DNA of 64,000 nucleotides, from NCBI GenBank assembly GCA_964494795.1, contig CAZBSV010000005.1, positions 12,842 through 76,841 on the forward strand, read 5' to 3'. Shown here piece by piece: positions 9,235-18,911 of this stretch. The notes below the pieces were generated by a model. The model was not told the origin of the DNA, searched no databases, and saw only the letters and a list, made by a program, of their open reading frames with translations. The translations under genes and the position numbers were made by a program. Position 1 is the stretch's first letter; each line of letters begins with the position of its first letter. Source of the DNA: an uncultured Spirochaetales bacterium (GTDB lineage Bacteria; Myxococcota_A; UBA9160; SMWR01).

Positions 9235-10755
9235 ATGAGTCCCCCGATTACGGTTCCCCAGCTTCTCGTTCAGCGTATTTCCGACGGCGATCGACCGGTC
9301 GACCGAATTCCGGCCCGCACGCTGCTCGAAGCCCTCGCGAAGATCTACGAGTTCGTGCTCGTTACCGATTCCAGCGGCCGCGTGCTCTGGAGAAGCAATG
9401 GGCTCGTCGGTCTTTTCGGGGGTGCGCAATTCCCGATCGGCTGTGAGGTCAAGACGCTTCTCCCGTTTCTTCCAGAATTTACCAGTCCCGAGCAGGCATT
9501 CGAATTGCGCTCCCGCTTGCGCCGGGACGGCTTCTTGAGCAATGCCGTCATCGGACTCAACGACGAGAACGGAGATTCGATCCGGATCGAGATCAACGTG
9601 GTTCCCGTGTCGGACCGACCCGACGAGCGGTCGTATTACGTCGTCATCGCGCGGCCGGTGGAATCCAAAAAACAGGCGACCGAACTCGCCGAGCAATCGA
9701 GGGGCGGAGCGCTGCAATCGATCCTCGATGACGCGCCGGACGCGTTGCTGGTCGTCGACGCACGAGGCTTCATCGTCTACGCGAATGCGGCGGTCGAGAG
9801 GCTGTTGGGCTACGGCAGCTGCAGCCTCGTCGATCGACCGGTCGCGGCGCTCTTGAACAATGCCGCGGATCTCGAGCGCCTGGCTTCCTCGATCGATGTG
9901 GAGCGCCATGTCGAACAATGGGAGCTGACGCTGACCCACAGCGACGGGCGCGAGGCGCGAATCGCCGCGTCCGCGCGGACGCGGCGTCTCGACGACGGAA
10001 CCTTCGACGGCACTGTGATCTGTTTGCGCGACGCCAGCGAGCGCCACCAGGCGATGAGCGAACTCGCCCGCAAGAATGCCGAGCTCGAGCATTGTGTCCA
10101 CGCACTCGCCCACGATCTGCGCTCTCCGCTGGTGGCGCTGCTGGGATTCTCGCGGTTGCTGCGACAGGATTACGGCACGCTGCTCGACGATACGGGCATC
10201 CACTTCGTCGATCGGATCGAGCAGGCGGGGCGCACGATGGAGGATCTGATCCACAACTTGTTGGAGCTGTCGCGGATCGGACAGCCGGGTGAACGGAAGG
10301 CGCTCGTCAACCCACTGTCCGTACTCGCCCAGCTGGGGGCAGAAATCAAACCGCGGCTCGATGCGGCGGGCATCGATCTCGAGCTTCCCCACGATCCGCC
10401 GCTCGTCTATTGCGATCGAACGCGTCTCTACCAGGTGTTCTCGAATCTGATCGGAAACGCGATCGACCACATGGGCGCCTGCGACCATCCGCGGATCGCG
10501 GTCTCGATCGTCGAGGAGGGAGACCTGACCCGCGTCTCCGTGAGCGACTCTGGACGCGGAATCGATTCCGAACACCACGAGCAGGTATTCGAGGTATTCC
10601 AGAGTCTCGGCCCGACGAGAGACGGGCGATCAGGCACGGGAATCGGACTCGCAATCGTCAAGAAGATCGCCGAAACGCACGGCGGTCGAGTCTGGCTCGA
10701 AAGCGGCAGCGGATGCGGCACGACCTTCCACGTTACGTTTCCGCGTCGCAGCTAG
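9235..10755 (+). CDS. PAS-domain sensor histidine kinase (cytoplasmic, no adjacent response regulator)
   Basis: Two PAS-like segments. The H-box is HALAHDLRSPL. The N, G1 and G2 boxes are NLIGNAIDH, DSGRGI and GTGIGLAIVKKIAETHGG. Confidence 0.85.
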   Translation: MSPPITVPQLLVQRISDGDRPVDRIPARTLLEALAKIYEFVLVTDSSGRVLWRSNGLVGLFGGAQFPIGCEVKTLLPFLPEFTSPEQAFELRSRLRRDGFLSNAVIGLNDENGDSIRIEINVVPVSDRPDERSYYVVIARPVESKKQATELAEQSRGGALQSILDDAPDALLVVDARGFIVYANAAVERLLGYGSCSLVDRPVAALLNNAADLERLASSIDVERHVEQWELTLTHSDGREARIAASARTRRLDDGTFDGTVICLRDASERHQAMSELARKNAELEHCVHALAHDLRSPLVALLGFSRLLRQDYGTLLDDTGIHFVDRIEQAGRTMEDLIHNLLELSRIGQPGERKALVNPLSVLAQLGAEIKPRLDAAGIDLELPHDPPLVYCDRTRLYQVFSNLIGNAIDHMGACDHPRIAVSIVEEGDLTRVSVSDSGRGIDSEHHEQVFEVFQSLGPTRDGRSGTGIGLAIVKKIAETHGGRVWLESGSGCGTTFHVTFPRRS

Positions 10756-10839
10756 CCCGGACAGTTCCGCTCTCGATTGAGATAGCCCCACTAGTCCGGA
10801 CAGTTTCGCTTTCGATTGAGACAGCTCCACTAGCCCGGG
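10752..10839. repeat. 39-bp tandem repeat, 2.25 copies
   Basis: CTAGCCCGGACAGTTCCGCTCTCGATTGAGATAGCCCCA / CTAGTCCGGACAGTTTCGCTTTCGATTGAGACAGCTCCA / CTAGCCCGGG. The kinase TAG stop (10753-10755) lies in the first unit. Confidence 0.9.
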
Positions 10840-10955
10840 CCCGCTTGGCGGGGTCGGTTTGGGAAGAAGCGTTGTCTTTTGCGTCGGGGGAACTGTCGGT
10901 CGGCAGCTGCGGCGGCTTGCTCGGGTTTGGGGCATTGCGTAGGCTGGGCCGTCCT

Positions 10956-11702
10956 ATGTATCCCGAACTCTTTACGATTTTTGGTTACACGATCAGCACG
11001 TTTGGGCTGATGCTCGCGATCGCATTCCTAGTCGGATCGTGGATCGCCGGCGTGCGCATGCAAGAGGAAGGCCTCGATCGCGAGCAGGCCAGCACGATCC
11101 TCATCTACGTCATCATCGGCGGGATTCTCGGCTCCAAGCTCTATTTTGCGGTCGATGTTTCGATTCGCGAGGGGCGGGCATTCTCGGAGTTGTTCTTCGC
11201 GCGAGACGGAATCACCTGGTACGGCGGATTGATTCTCGCGACGATCGTTGGCGCGGTTGGTTGCCGGATCCACAAGATTCCTGTGAAGATCTTTGCGGAC
11301 TGCGCCGCAGTGGCGGCGGCGATCGGGCAGGCGATCGGAAGGGTCGGCTGTTTTCTCGTGGGTGACGATTACGGTCGCGTCACTGACGTTGCGTGGGGAG
11401 TGCGATTTCCCGATGGTGCTCCACCCATCGACGTACCCGTTCACCCTACACAGCTCTACGAGGTCGCGTGGTTGCTGGTGGTGGCCACCGTTTTATGGCG
11501 GCGTCGAAAAGTGAGTCCGTTCTTGTTCGGTGAATACGTGGCCTTCAACGGTCTGGGTCGGATCGTCATCGAGAATTGGCGCGTAAACCCGACCGTCGCT
11601 TTGGGGATGACCGAGCCGCAGTGGATCGGGGTCGCGTTGATCGTGATCGGCGTCGGTGGATGGCTCTACTTCTCGACCCGTGCGCGCGCGGAAGCGGCTT
11701 GA
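10956..11702 (+). CDS. lgt: prolipoprotein diacylglyceryl transferase
   Basis: ATG at 10956 lies inside track ORF 10410..11702. The sequence is MYPELFTIFGYTISTFGLMLAIAF...GRVGCFLVGDDYG...HPTQLYE. It is polytopic. Confidence 0.9.
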   Translation: MYPELFTIFGYTISTFGLMLAIAFLVGSWIAGVRMQEEGLDREQASTILIYVIIGGILGSKLYFAVDVSIREGRAFSELFFARDGITWYGGLILATIVGAVGCRIHKIPVKIFADCAAVAAAIGQAIGRVGCFLVGDDYGRVTDVAWGVRFPDGAPPIDVPVHPTQLYEVAWLLVVATVLWRRRKVSPFLFGEYVAFNGLGRIVIENWRVNPTVALGMTEPQWIGVALIVIGVGGWLYFSTRARAEAA

Positions 11703-11704
11703 TC

Positions 11705-12682
11705 TCAACTCGCCGGATGAAGCTTTCCCAGGAGATTCGACGCCGATGCGAGAGTCTTGTCGCGTTCATCGCCTTCCACCAAGCGAGAAAGACTCGAAAC
11801 CGCGGAATGCGCCAGATCCCTGAGGGAGTCGTCGCCGGCGCTTCCCGAATCTGCCCACTCGTTCAAACCCACCAGGCTCTCCGGATAATTTCCTGCGAGA
11901 TACGCGGACATCCCGCGCGCGTAGGCGGACCAATGTGAGACCTGGCGTCGATCGCCACCATGCTCTAGGGCTATGGCGAGGGCGCGGTGCGCTGTCTCGT
12001 AATGGCCGCTCGCGAGATACGATTTCCCTGCGATCACATATCCCGCGGCCGCATCGCCATGAATGGACGCCAGCAAGGCTTCCAATCCCGGAGGGCCCAT
12101 CTTCTCGAGCGTCTCGCGTCTCTCGATCAGGAAGCGAGTGACGAAGCCCTCGGCGCCCTGCTCGGAAAGTAGGACCCGCAGCTGGTCCCAGGACTGCACC
12201 ATCAGGGACTGCGTTTCGGCGAATCCCTGTTTGAGACGGGCGGAGACCGCCGACAGAATCCGCTCGAATTCGTGAAACAATCCGTTCGCTTCCGCGCCCG
12301 CTTCGGCGCGCAGCGACCGCACCCGAGGGCCGTAGACCTCGCGCTGGTAGAAATCCTCGCGAAACTTCATCGCTTCGTGGAAGAGCGACCCGACCGCGAG
12401 GTCGAACAGCGCTTCGCGGGGTTTGGCGACTTGCGAAGCGCCGGGTTCCGGTCGAAACAGCGAGTGACACTTCTCTTTCAGGCGGAAGAGAACGCTGTAA
12501 TCGCTGTCTCCGACGAATTGCTGAAGATCCGAAAAGACGAGCTGGTCTCTTGCGTACTTCTCTGCGAGCTCGTCCAGCAGCTCGTAGGCGGTGAGAAACT
12601 CCCGCAGGATGTCGACCAAGCTGGCCGGGGCGCTCGCCATCCCCGGATTATACTCGTCGCGCCGCTTGGGGCCGCTCGCCAT
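11705..12682 (-). CDS. hypothetical protein with C-terminal TPR-like helices
   Basis: 325 aa with coding-like composition. No catalytic motif recognised. Confidence 0.5.
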   Translation of the reverse strand: MASGPKRRDEYNPGMASAPASLVDILREFLTAYELLDELAEKYARDQLVFSDLQQFVGDSDYSVLFRLKEKCHSLFRPEPGASQVAKPREALFDLAVGSLFHEAMKFREDFYQREVYGPRVRSLRAEAGAEANGLFHEFERILSAVSARLKQGFAETQSLMVQSWDQLRVLLSEQGAEGFVTRFLIERRETLEKMGPPGLEALLASIHGDAAAGYVIAGKSYLASGHYETAHRALAIALEHGGDRRQVSHWSAYARGMSAYLAGNYPESLVGLNEWADSGSAGDDSLRDLAHSAVSSLSRLVEGDERDKTLASASNLLGKLHPAS

Positions 12683-12885
12683 CGCATCGATCCCGCTCGG
12701 CCTCGCGCGAGCGATCGAATCGATCGCGGTCGATTCTGGCGACGGGGACCCCGGTTTGCCTATTTTCGGCGTCCGCGATCGGCTCGCCGCTGGCGCTTCG
12801 ATTCGCTCGTTTTCGTTTCGCTGTCTCGCTGCCTCGCCGTCTCATCGGATTGCTGGATCGCCGTCTTGCCAAATTGGAGGTTTGG

Positions 12886-14583
12886 ATGAGCCCCGTCGAA
12901 CGTGAGAGCATGCAGGTCGACGTCCTCTACGTCGGGGCGGGACCCGCTTCGCTGGCCTCGTCGCTGCATCTGATGAACCAGATCCAAGCGTTCAACGAGC
13001 GCGCCCAAGGCGAGCGAAGAGCGCCCATCGAGCCTCCCTCCGTGCTGGTTCTCGAGAAGGCTGCGGCGGTCGGCGATCACATGCTCTCGGGTGCCGTGAT
13101 GAATCCGCGCGGCATCCGCGAACTCGTGCCGGATTTCGCCGAGAAAGGCTTTCCGACGGAGTACGTCTGCGACTACGCGGGATTCTGGATCTTCCATCCG
13201 AAGGGGAAAGTCAGCGTTCCCGGACCGCTCGTTCCGCCAAATTTTCGCAAAAAGGGTTATCACGTCACCTCACTCAACAATGTCGCCAAATGGATGGCGG
13301 AGCGTTGCGAAGAAGCGGGTGTGGACATCTACCCCGGATTCGCCGCCGACCGAATTCTCAGCGAGGGAAATCGGGTGATCGGTGTTCGGATGGGCGACAT
13401 GGGTGTAGACAAGAATGGAAAACCCAAGAGCACGTTCCAACCGGGAATGGACATCCACGCCAAGGTCACGGTACTCGGCGAGGGTGTTCGAGGCTCTCTC
13501 TCGAAGCAGCTCATTTCAGATTTCGAACTCGCTGGCGCGAATCCGCAAACCTTCGAGGTGGGCATCAAGGAATTGTGGAGGATCGATCCGAAGAAACACC
13601 GGCCGGGCCGAGTCGTTCACGGACTCGGAATTCCGCAGATCTTCGACGGTTTTCACGGGATGTGGCTCTACGACATGAAGGACAACCTCGTGTCGTTCGG
13701 ATTCGTCACGCTGCTGGATTCGGAAGACCCGCACTGCGACCCTCATCTGGAAGCGCAGAAGTTCAAGACGACTCCGTACATGAAGTGGCTGCTCGACGGA
13801 GCGGAACTCGTGAAGTACGGCGCGAAGTGCATTCCAACCGGCGGCCTGCATTCGATGCCCAAGCTGTATGCGAATGGAGTGCTGCTGATCGGAGACACGG
13901 CCAGCTTCTGCAATGCCGAGAAACTCGCGGGAATCCACCTGGCCATCAAATCCGGAATGATGGCCGCGGACACGATCGTCGACGCGTTGGCGCGAAACGA
14001 TTTCTCGACCACGACGCTCGGTGGTTTTTCGGAGCGATACCGCTCGAGTTGGGCTTTCGACGAGCACTGGGCGTCCCGAAACTTTCACCAATCGACGGAG
14101 CGGGGCCTTCCGTTCTTCATGTTGAACGAACCCTTCCGCCAGCTGACAGGTGGGCGCGGCCTGATCGGCGAGATGAAGTCCAAGCCGGGCCATGCGCACA
14201 TGAAGCAGCTGTCCGAGCTTCCGAAATCCAAGCGGCAGCAAGAGTCGTTCGAATTCGACGGTGTGCTCACCTTCAGCAAGGAGCACCTCGTTCAGTTCAG
14301 CGGCACGCAGCACGAGGCCGATCAGCCATCGCATCTGGTGGTCGCAGACACCAATCTGTGCAGTACGACCTGCGCGGAGGAATTCGGCAACCCGTGCGAG
14401 AATTTCTGTCCTGCCGCCGTCTACGAGATGATTCCAGATCCCGATCGGCCCGGCGGAAAGAAGCTCTTCATCCACCACGAGAACTGCGTCCACTGCAAGA
14501 CCTGCGACATCGCCGACCCCTATCAGGTCATCACCTGGACTCCGCCCGAGGGCGGAGAGGGGCCGGATTATCAGCAGATGTAA
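12886..14583 (+). CDS. electron-transfer flavoprotein:ubiquinone oxidoreductase (ETF-QO)
   Basis: GGAGG at 12876-12880 precedes the ATG at 12886. FAD-binding motif VDVLYVGAGPASLA. The C-terminal 4Fe-4S ferredoxin-like part is FCPAAVYE...NCVHCKTCDI...ITWTPPEGGEGPDY. Confidence 0.9.
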   Translation: MSPVERESMQVDVLYVGAGPASLASSLHLMNQIQAFNERAQGERRAPIEPPSVLVLEKAAAVGDHMLSGAVMNPRGIRELVPDFAEKGFPTEYVCDYAGFWIFHPKGKVSVPGPLVPPNFRKKGYHVTSLNNVAKWMAERCEEAGVDIYPGFAADRILSEGNRVIGVRMGDMGVDKNGKPKSTFQPGMDIHAKVTVLGEGVRGSLSKQLISDFELAGANPQTFEVGIKELWRIDPKKHRPGRVVHGLGIPQIFDGFHGMWLYDMKDNLVSFGFVTLLDSEDPHCDPHLEAQKFKTTPYMKWLLDGAELVKYGAKCIPTGGLHSMPKLYANGVLLIGDTASFCNAEKLAGIHLAIKSGMMAADTIVDALARNDFSTTTLGGFSERYRSSWAFDEHWASRNFHQSTERGLPFFMLNEPFRQLTGGRGLIGEMKSKPGHAHMKQLSELPKSKRQQESFEFDGVLTFSKEHLVQFSGTQHEADQPSHLVVADTNLCSTTCAEEFGNPCENFCPAAVYEMIPDPDRPGGKKLFIHHENCVHCKTCDIADPYQVITWTPPEGGEGPDYQQM

Positions 14584-14648
14584 GGCGATTGGAACCCGGC
14601 ATTCGCGTCGCACGGGGGTCAAAAACGGACACAGCCGTGTTTCGAAAT

Positions 14649-15515
14649 TCAGCCTTGAATCGCGGCGAGGGCTTCCTGGAGGTGGCCCAGGATTTCCGGG
14701 GTGGCGGCGACGAGCAGGGCGCGGGCGGGGGTTCGGATTTCGGGCGGGAAGGGGGCGGATTCGCCCATCACGAATGCGCCGGCTTCGGCTGCGATCAGCG
14801 CGCCGATGCGGCCGCGGATGCTCACTCCTTCCGGGTTCTCGCCCGCGAAGCGAAGGCCCGCGCAGACGCCCGGAATCAGCGGAGCGACGGAGATCGCGCC
14901 GCCTGAAGCAGCAGCCACCTCGTATCCGCGATGCTGCAGCTTCTCGACTGCGGCGCGCGGGAGGTCGTGGGAAACGAGGACCCGGTTTCCGCTGGGTTCG
15001 CCGACCCTGACGCTTTCGATCGCGCCGGCCCGGTTGCGCGCTTGCGCGCCGCGGCCGCGTATCGCATCGAAACACAGCTGCTCGCGGGGTAGCGCGACGA
15101 GGCTCGCTTCGTAGCGACCCTCGATCGCTAGGCCGATCATCACCGCGTACGGGCCCGCGCCTTCGAGATAGAATCGCAGGGTGCCATCGATCGGATCGAT
15201 CACGACCAGTGCGTCGCTCGATTCCGAAAATCGCGCGACGGACGGAGTATCCTCTTCGGCTTCCAACTTCAGCTCCGGGAATTGCTCGAGCAGCGGAATC
15301 AGCAGCGCTTCCTGGGATGCGGTGTCGGCGATCGTGAGTGCGGCCTTCACGGCGGTTGCCTCACCGGCCTTGGGGCGATTGGCGACGCGCCCTTCGAGAG
15401 CGCGCGCGATCGATGCGGCCTGACGCAGCGCCGGAGCCAGTGTGCGTACGAAATCGCTCGTAAACGACGTATCCTGCATCTTCGTGTTGGGTAGCAGGTT
15501 TGTGAGCGTCGTCAC
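14649..15515 (-). CDS. inositol monophosphatase / CysQ-family phosphatase
   Basis: EAEEDT, VVIDPIDGT and a later WD-type region give the IMPase-fold metal-binding pattern. Confidence 0.7.
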   Translation of the reverse strand: MTTLTNLLPNTKMQDTSFTSDFVRTLAPALRQAASIARALEGRVANRPKAGEATAVKAALTIADTASQEALLIPLLEQFPELKLEAEEDTPSVARFSESSDALVVIDPIDGTLRFYLEGAGPYAVMIGLAIEGRYEASLVALPREQLCFDAIRGRGAQARNRAGAIESVRVGEPSGNRVLVSHDLPRAAVEKLQHRGYEVAAASGGAISVAPLIPGVCAGLRFAGENPEGVSIRGRIGALIAAEAGAFVMGESAPFPPEIRTPARALLVAATPEILGHLQEALAAIQG

Positions 15516-15594
15516 GGGATTTCACGTGTTGCTTCAGCGAAGTTTTGGATCGACCGATAATCGGGGGAAAAGAGCCCTAACAAGGAGCTTCGAT

Positions 15595-16029
15595 ATGACC
15601 CGGTTATCACGTTCGACACTCATTTCGATCTGCACGATAGCTGCCGCTTTGTTGCTGGTGGCATCTCCCTCCATCGCGGACTCGGTCGCAGCGATTCCCG
15701 ACTCGACCGACGAGCGCGCAGAGAGCTCGTTTTCGGATTTTGCGCGCTCGTGGATGGCCAAGATGGAAGAAAACGAGACCCAGAACCGCAAGAATTCTAC
15801 CGTCCAGCCCGGGCCGAGCCAGAACCTGATTACCTACCGTGGATTTGGCGAGGATTTCACGGTGGAACTGCGTCCGACGGGTCATCCTTCGGCGCCGTTC
15901 GTCGGGATTCTCCGCTACAACGAAGAGGTCTACAGCTGTGACGGGGCGGATGCCTCGCGCTGCTCGGTGGCTTCGTCGCTTCCGGTGACGGAAATCTTCC
16001 GCTATCAGGGCGGTCGCTGGATCTATTGA
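15595..16029 (+). CDS. hypothetical secreted protein
   Basis: AAGGAG at 15582-15587 precedes the ATG at 15595. The signal peptide is MTRLSRSTLISICTIAAALLLVASPSIADS. Confidence 0.5.
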   Translation: MTRLSRSTLISICTIAAALLLVASPSIADSVAAIPDSTDERAESSFSDFARSWMAKMEENETQNRKNSTVQPGPSQNLITYRGFGEDFTVELRPTGHPSAPFVGILRYNEEVYSCDGADASRCSVASSLPVTEIFRYQGGRWIY

Positions 16030-16045
16030 TTTCGCGCCGAAACCA

Positions 16046-16127
16046 GGAGCGCGGAGCGCACTCGGTCAATTGACCCAGGCGACTCCGCGCTCCCCGGCGT
16101 CTCTCACCCCCCCAAGTTCGAGACGCC
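16046..16127. terminator. two GC-rich hairpins between convergent genes
   Basis: GGAGCGCGGAG (16046-16056) pairs with CTCCGCGCTCC (16083-16093). GGCGTCTC (16096-16103) pairs with GAGACGCC (16120-16127). Confidence 0.45.
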
Positions 16128-16139
16128 GTTAACCCCCGA

Positions 16140-18911
16140 CTAACTACAACCGCTGGTTTCGCCGCAGTTGAAGCACTTGTAACAAGTGCCGCTGCGAATC
16201 ATGATGGCGCCGCAAGCGTGGCAGCTCGGAGCGTCGGCCTGATTGATGAATCCCTGAGCTCGGCTATGGGCTCGGTCGCCCGAGCCTCCGGCGACGGCGG
16301 ATCGGAGCGGCAGCGCGTCGATTCCACTGGCGCTGGCGCGTTCGGCCTGTTCTTCCTCGACTGGATCGCTCTGCAGGTAGCGGTTTCCGAGATAGCGGAA
16401 CACGTAGTCCATTACGGACTTTGCGATCGGGATCGACGGGTTGTTGGTAAAGCCCGCCGGCTCGAAGCGCGTATGGCTGAACTTGTCCACGAGAGCGCGC
16501 AGCGGCACGCCGTACTGTAGGGAGATCGACGTCATCGTCGCGATCGTGTCCATCAGACCCGACACCGTGCTGCCTTCCTTCGCCATTCGCAGGAAGATCT
16601 CGCCGGGCTGGCCGCTCTCGTAGAGACCGACGGTCAGATATCCCTCGTGCCCTGCGATCACGAATTTGTGCGTGACCGCGGTGCGTTCATCCTCGAGCTT
16701 CTTGCGAATCGGCCGCACCTCGGCGAGTCGCCGACCGCGGTCCTTGTCTTCGCCCGTGTTCAGCGGTTGGGTGCGTTTGCTTCCATCGCGGTAGATGGCG
16801 AGTGCCTTGAGGCCGAGTTCCCAACCCGCGATGTAGGCCTGCATGACGTCTTCGGCGCTGGCATCCGAGGGGAGGTTTACCGTCTTGCTGATGGCGCCCG
16901 AAAGGAAGGGTTGCACGGCGCTCATCATCCGGATGTGGCCCATCCAGGCGATGCTGCGCTTGCCATTCTGTGGCCGGAACGCGCAGTCGAAAACCGGTAG
17001 ATCGGACTCCTTGAGTCCCGGTGCTCCCTCGATCGTCTCTTGTTCGCTGATGTAGTCGGTAATTTCTTTGATCTCGGTTTCGTTGTAGCCGAGTTTATCG
17101 AGGGCTGCCGGTACGGTGTTGTTGACGATCTTGAGATAGCCACCGCCGACGAGCTTCTTGTATTTGACGAGCGCGATGTCCGGCTCGACGCCCGTCGTAT
17201 CGCAATCCATCATGAAGGCTATCGTGCCCGTCGGAGCGAGCACCGTTACCTGGGCGTTCTTGAATCCGAACTGCGCGCCCTTTTCGTACGCGATGCGCCA
17301 GCTCTCTCGAGCCGCGGCGAGCAGCGGCTCCGAGACGCCTTCACCCGTGATCGCGAGAGCTGCTTCCACGTGCATCTTGATCACTTCGAGGAAGGGCTTG
17401 CTGTTCATCCGGTAGCGCAGGAACGGCCCCATCGCTTCGGCGATGTCCGCGCTCGTGTGATAGGCCTCGCCACACATCAACGCGGTAAGCGTTGCGGAGA
17501 AGTTGCGCCCCGTGTCGCTGTCGTAGGGCAGCCCGCAGGTCATCAGGAGCGCACCGAGGTTCGCATAGCCGAGTCCCAGCGGCCGGAAGAGATGACTGTT
17601 GTGCGCGATCGCCGGCGTCGGGTAGTCGGCGTGATCGACCATGATCTCCTGGGCGAGAATCGTGAGTCTCACCGCGTGCCGGAAACCGGCGATATCGAAC
17701 TCGCCGGATTCGTCGAGGAACGTGAGCAGATTGAGGCTGGCGAGGTTGCAGGCCGTGTCGTCGAGAAACATGTACTCCGAGCATGGATTGCTGGAATTGA
17801 TTCGCCCCGAAGCCTTGACGGGGTTCCAGCGATTGATCGTCGTGTCGTACTGCATGCCAGGGTCGCCGCACTCGTGCGCGGACTCTGCCATTTGCTTCAA
17901 GAGATCGCGTGCCTTGAATTCGTCGATCACCTCGCCGCTGGTGACGCTGCGGGTCTCCCAGTCGCCGCCCGCCAGCGCGGAATGCATGAACGAATCGGTG
18001 ACGCGAACCGAGTGATTGGCGTTTTGATAGAAGACCGAGTCGTAGGCGCCGCCGGGAACGTTGAAGCCGCCGTCGTAGCCCGCATCGATGAGCGCGTGCG
18101 CCTTCTTTTCTTCATCGGACTTGCTCCGGATGAATTCCATGATGTCCGGATGGTCCGCGTTCAAGATCACCATCTTCGCGGCGCGACGGGTCTTGCCGCC
18201 GGACTTCACTACACCCGCGAAGGCGTCGAAGCCGCGCATGAACGAAACCGGACCGGATGCGGTCCCGCCACCCGCGAGCGTCTCTCGCGACGAGCGAATC
18301 TTCGAGAGATTCGAGCCCGTGCCGGATCCGCCCTTGAAGAGCATGGCTTCCGTCTTCGCGAGGTCCATGATCGATTCCATGGTGTCTTCGACGGAGTTGA
18401 TGAAACAAGCGCTGGCCTGCTGCGGGTTGTTCTTCACGCCCAAATTGAACCAAACGGGGCTGTTGAACGACATGCGCTGGGTGAGCAGGATGTGTTTGAG
18501 TTCGTCCGAAAAGGTCTGCGAATCTCCTTCGGTGCGGAAATAGCCCGAGGTGTCTCCCCATTCGCGAATTCGGCCGACCACGCGGTCGATCAGCTGCCGG
18601 ACGCTGTTTTCGCGCTCGGGGCTTCCGATGTGTCCGCGGAAGTACTTGGAGACGACGACGTTGGTGGCGAGCTGCGACCATTTCTTCGGGACTTCGACAT
18701 CCGTCTGCTCGAAGACGACCTCGCCATTCTCGTTGGCGATCTTCGCACTTCGGGTTTCCCACTCGTCGAAGTCGTAGGGGTTGTCACCGACGGACGTGAA
18801 ATGCCGAGAGACCTGCATACCGAGCGGTGCTCGGCTTGGTTTCTTCTGCTCGCCCACAGCGTGGAGTTGTTCCTTCTGCAGGGTGCCGTCCGTCGTCTCG
18901 CTACTTTTCAC
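16140..18911 (-). CDS. nrdJ: class II (adenosylcobalamin-dependent) ribonucleoside-diphosphate reductase
   Basis: 923 aa. Family landmarks are SSNPCSEYMFLDDTACNLASLNL, LGLGYANLGALLM and TGTIAFMMDCDTTGVEPD. There is a C-terminal Cys-rich zinc ribbon (CHACGA...CYKCFNCGETSGC). Confidence 0.92.
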   Translation of the reverse strand: MKSSETTDGTLQKEQLHAVGEQKKPSRAPLGMQVSRHFTSVGDNPYDFDEWETRSAKIANENGEVVFEQTDVEVPKKWSQLATNVVVSKYFRGHIGSPERENSVRQLIDRVVGRIREWGDTSGYFRTEGDSQTFSDELKHILLTQRMSFNSPVWFNLGVKNNPQQASACFINSVEDTMESIMDLAKTEAMLFKGGSGTGSNLSKIRSSRETLAGGGTASGPVSFMRGFDAFAGVVKSGGKTRRAAKMVILNADHPDIMEFIRSKSDEEKKAHALIDAGYDGGFNVPGGAYDSVFYQNANHSVRVTDSFMHSALAGGDWETRSVTSGEVIDEFKARDLLKQMAESAHECGDPGMQYDTTINRWNPVKASGRINSSNPCSEYMFLDDTACNLASLNLLTFLDESGEFDIAGFRHAVRLTILAQEIMVDHADYPTPAIAHNSHLFRPLGLGYANLGALLMTCGLPYDSDTGRNFSATLTALMCGEAYHTSADIAEAMGPFLRYRMNSKPFLEVIKMHVEAALAITGEGVSEPLLAAARESWRIAYEKGAQFGFKNAQVTVLAPTGTIAFMMDCDTTGVEPDIALVKYKKLVGGGYLKIVNNTVPAALDKLGYNETEIKEITDYISEQETIEGAPGLKESDLPVFDCAFRPQNGKRSIAWMGHIRMMSAVQPFLSGAISKTVNLPSDASAEDVMQAYIAGWELGLKALAIYRDGSKRTQPLNTGEDKDRGRRLAEVRPIRKKLEDERTAVTHKFVIAGHEGYLTVGLYESGQPGEIFLRMAKEGSTVSGLMDTIATMTSISLQYGVPLRALVDKFSHTRFEPAGFTNNPSIPIAKSVMDYVFRYLGNRYLQSDPVEEEQAERASASGIDALPLRSAVAGGSGDRAHSRAQGFINQADAPSCHACGAIMIRSGTCYKCFNCGETSGCS

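Noticed and set aside
9175-10578. 467-aa minus-strand ORF
   Set aside because: It is antisense to the histidine kinase gene, which has clear H, N, G1 and G2 boxes.
13290-15075. 538-aa plus-strand and 519-aa minus-strand ORFs over the ETF-QO / phosphatase region
   Set aside because: They are alternative frames of well-supported genes with no motifs and extreme Arg/Gly content.
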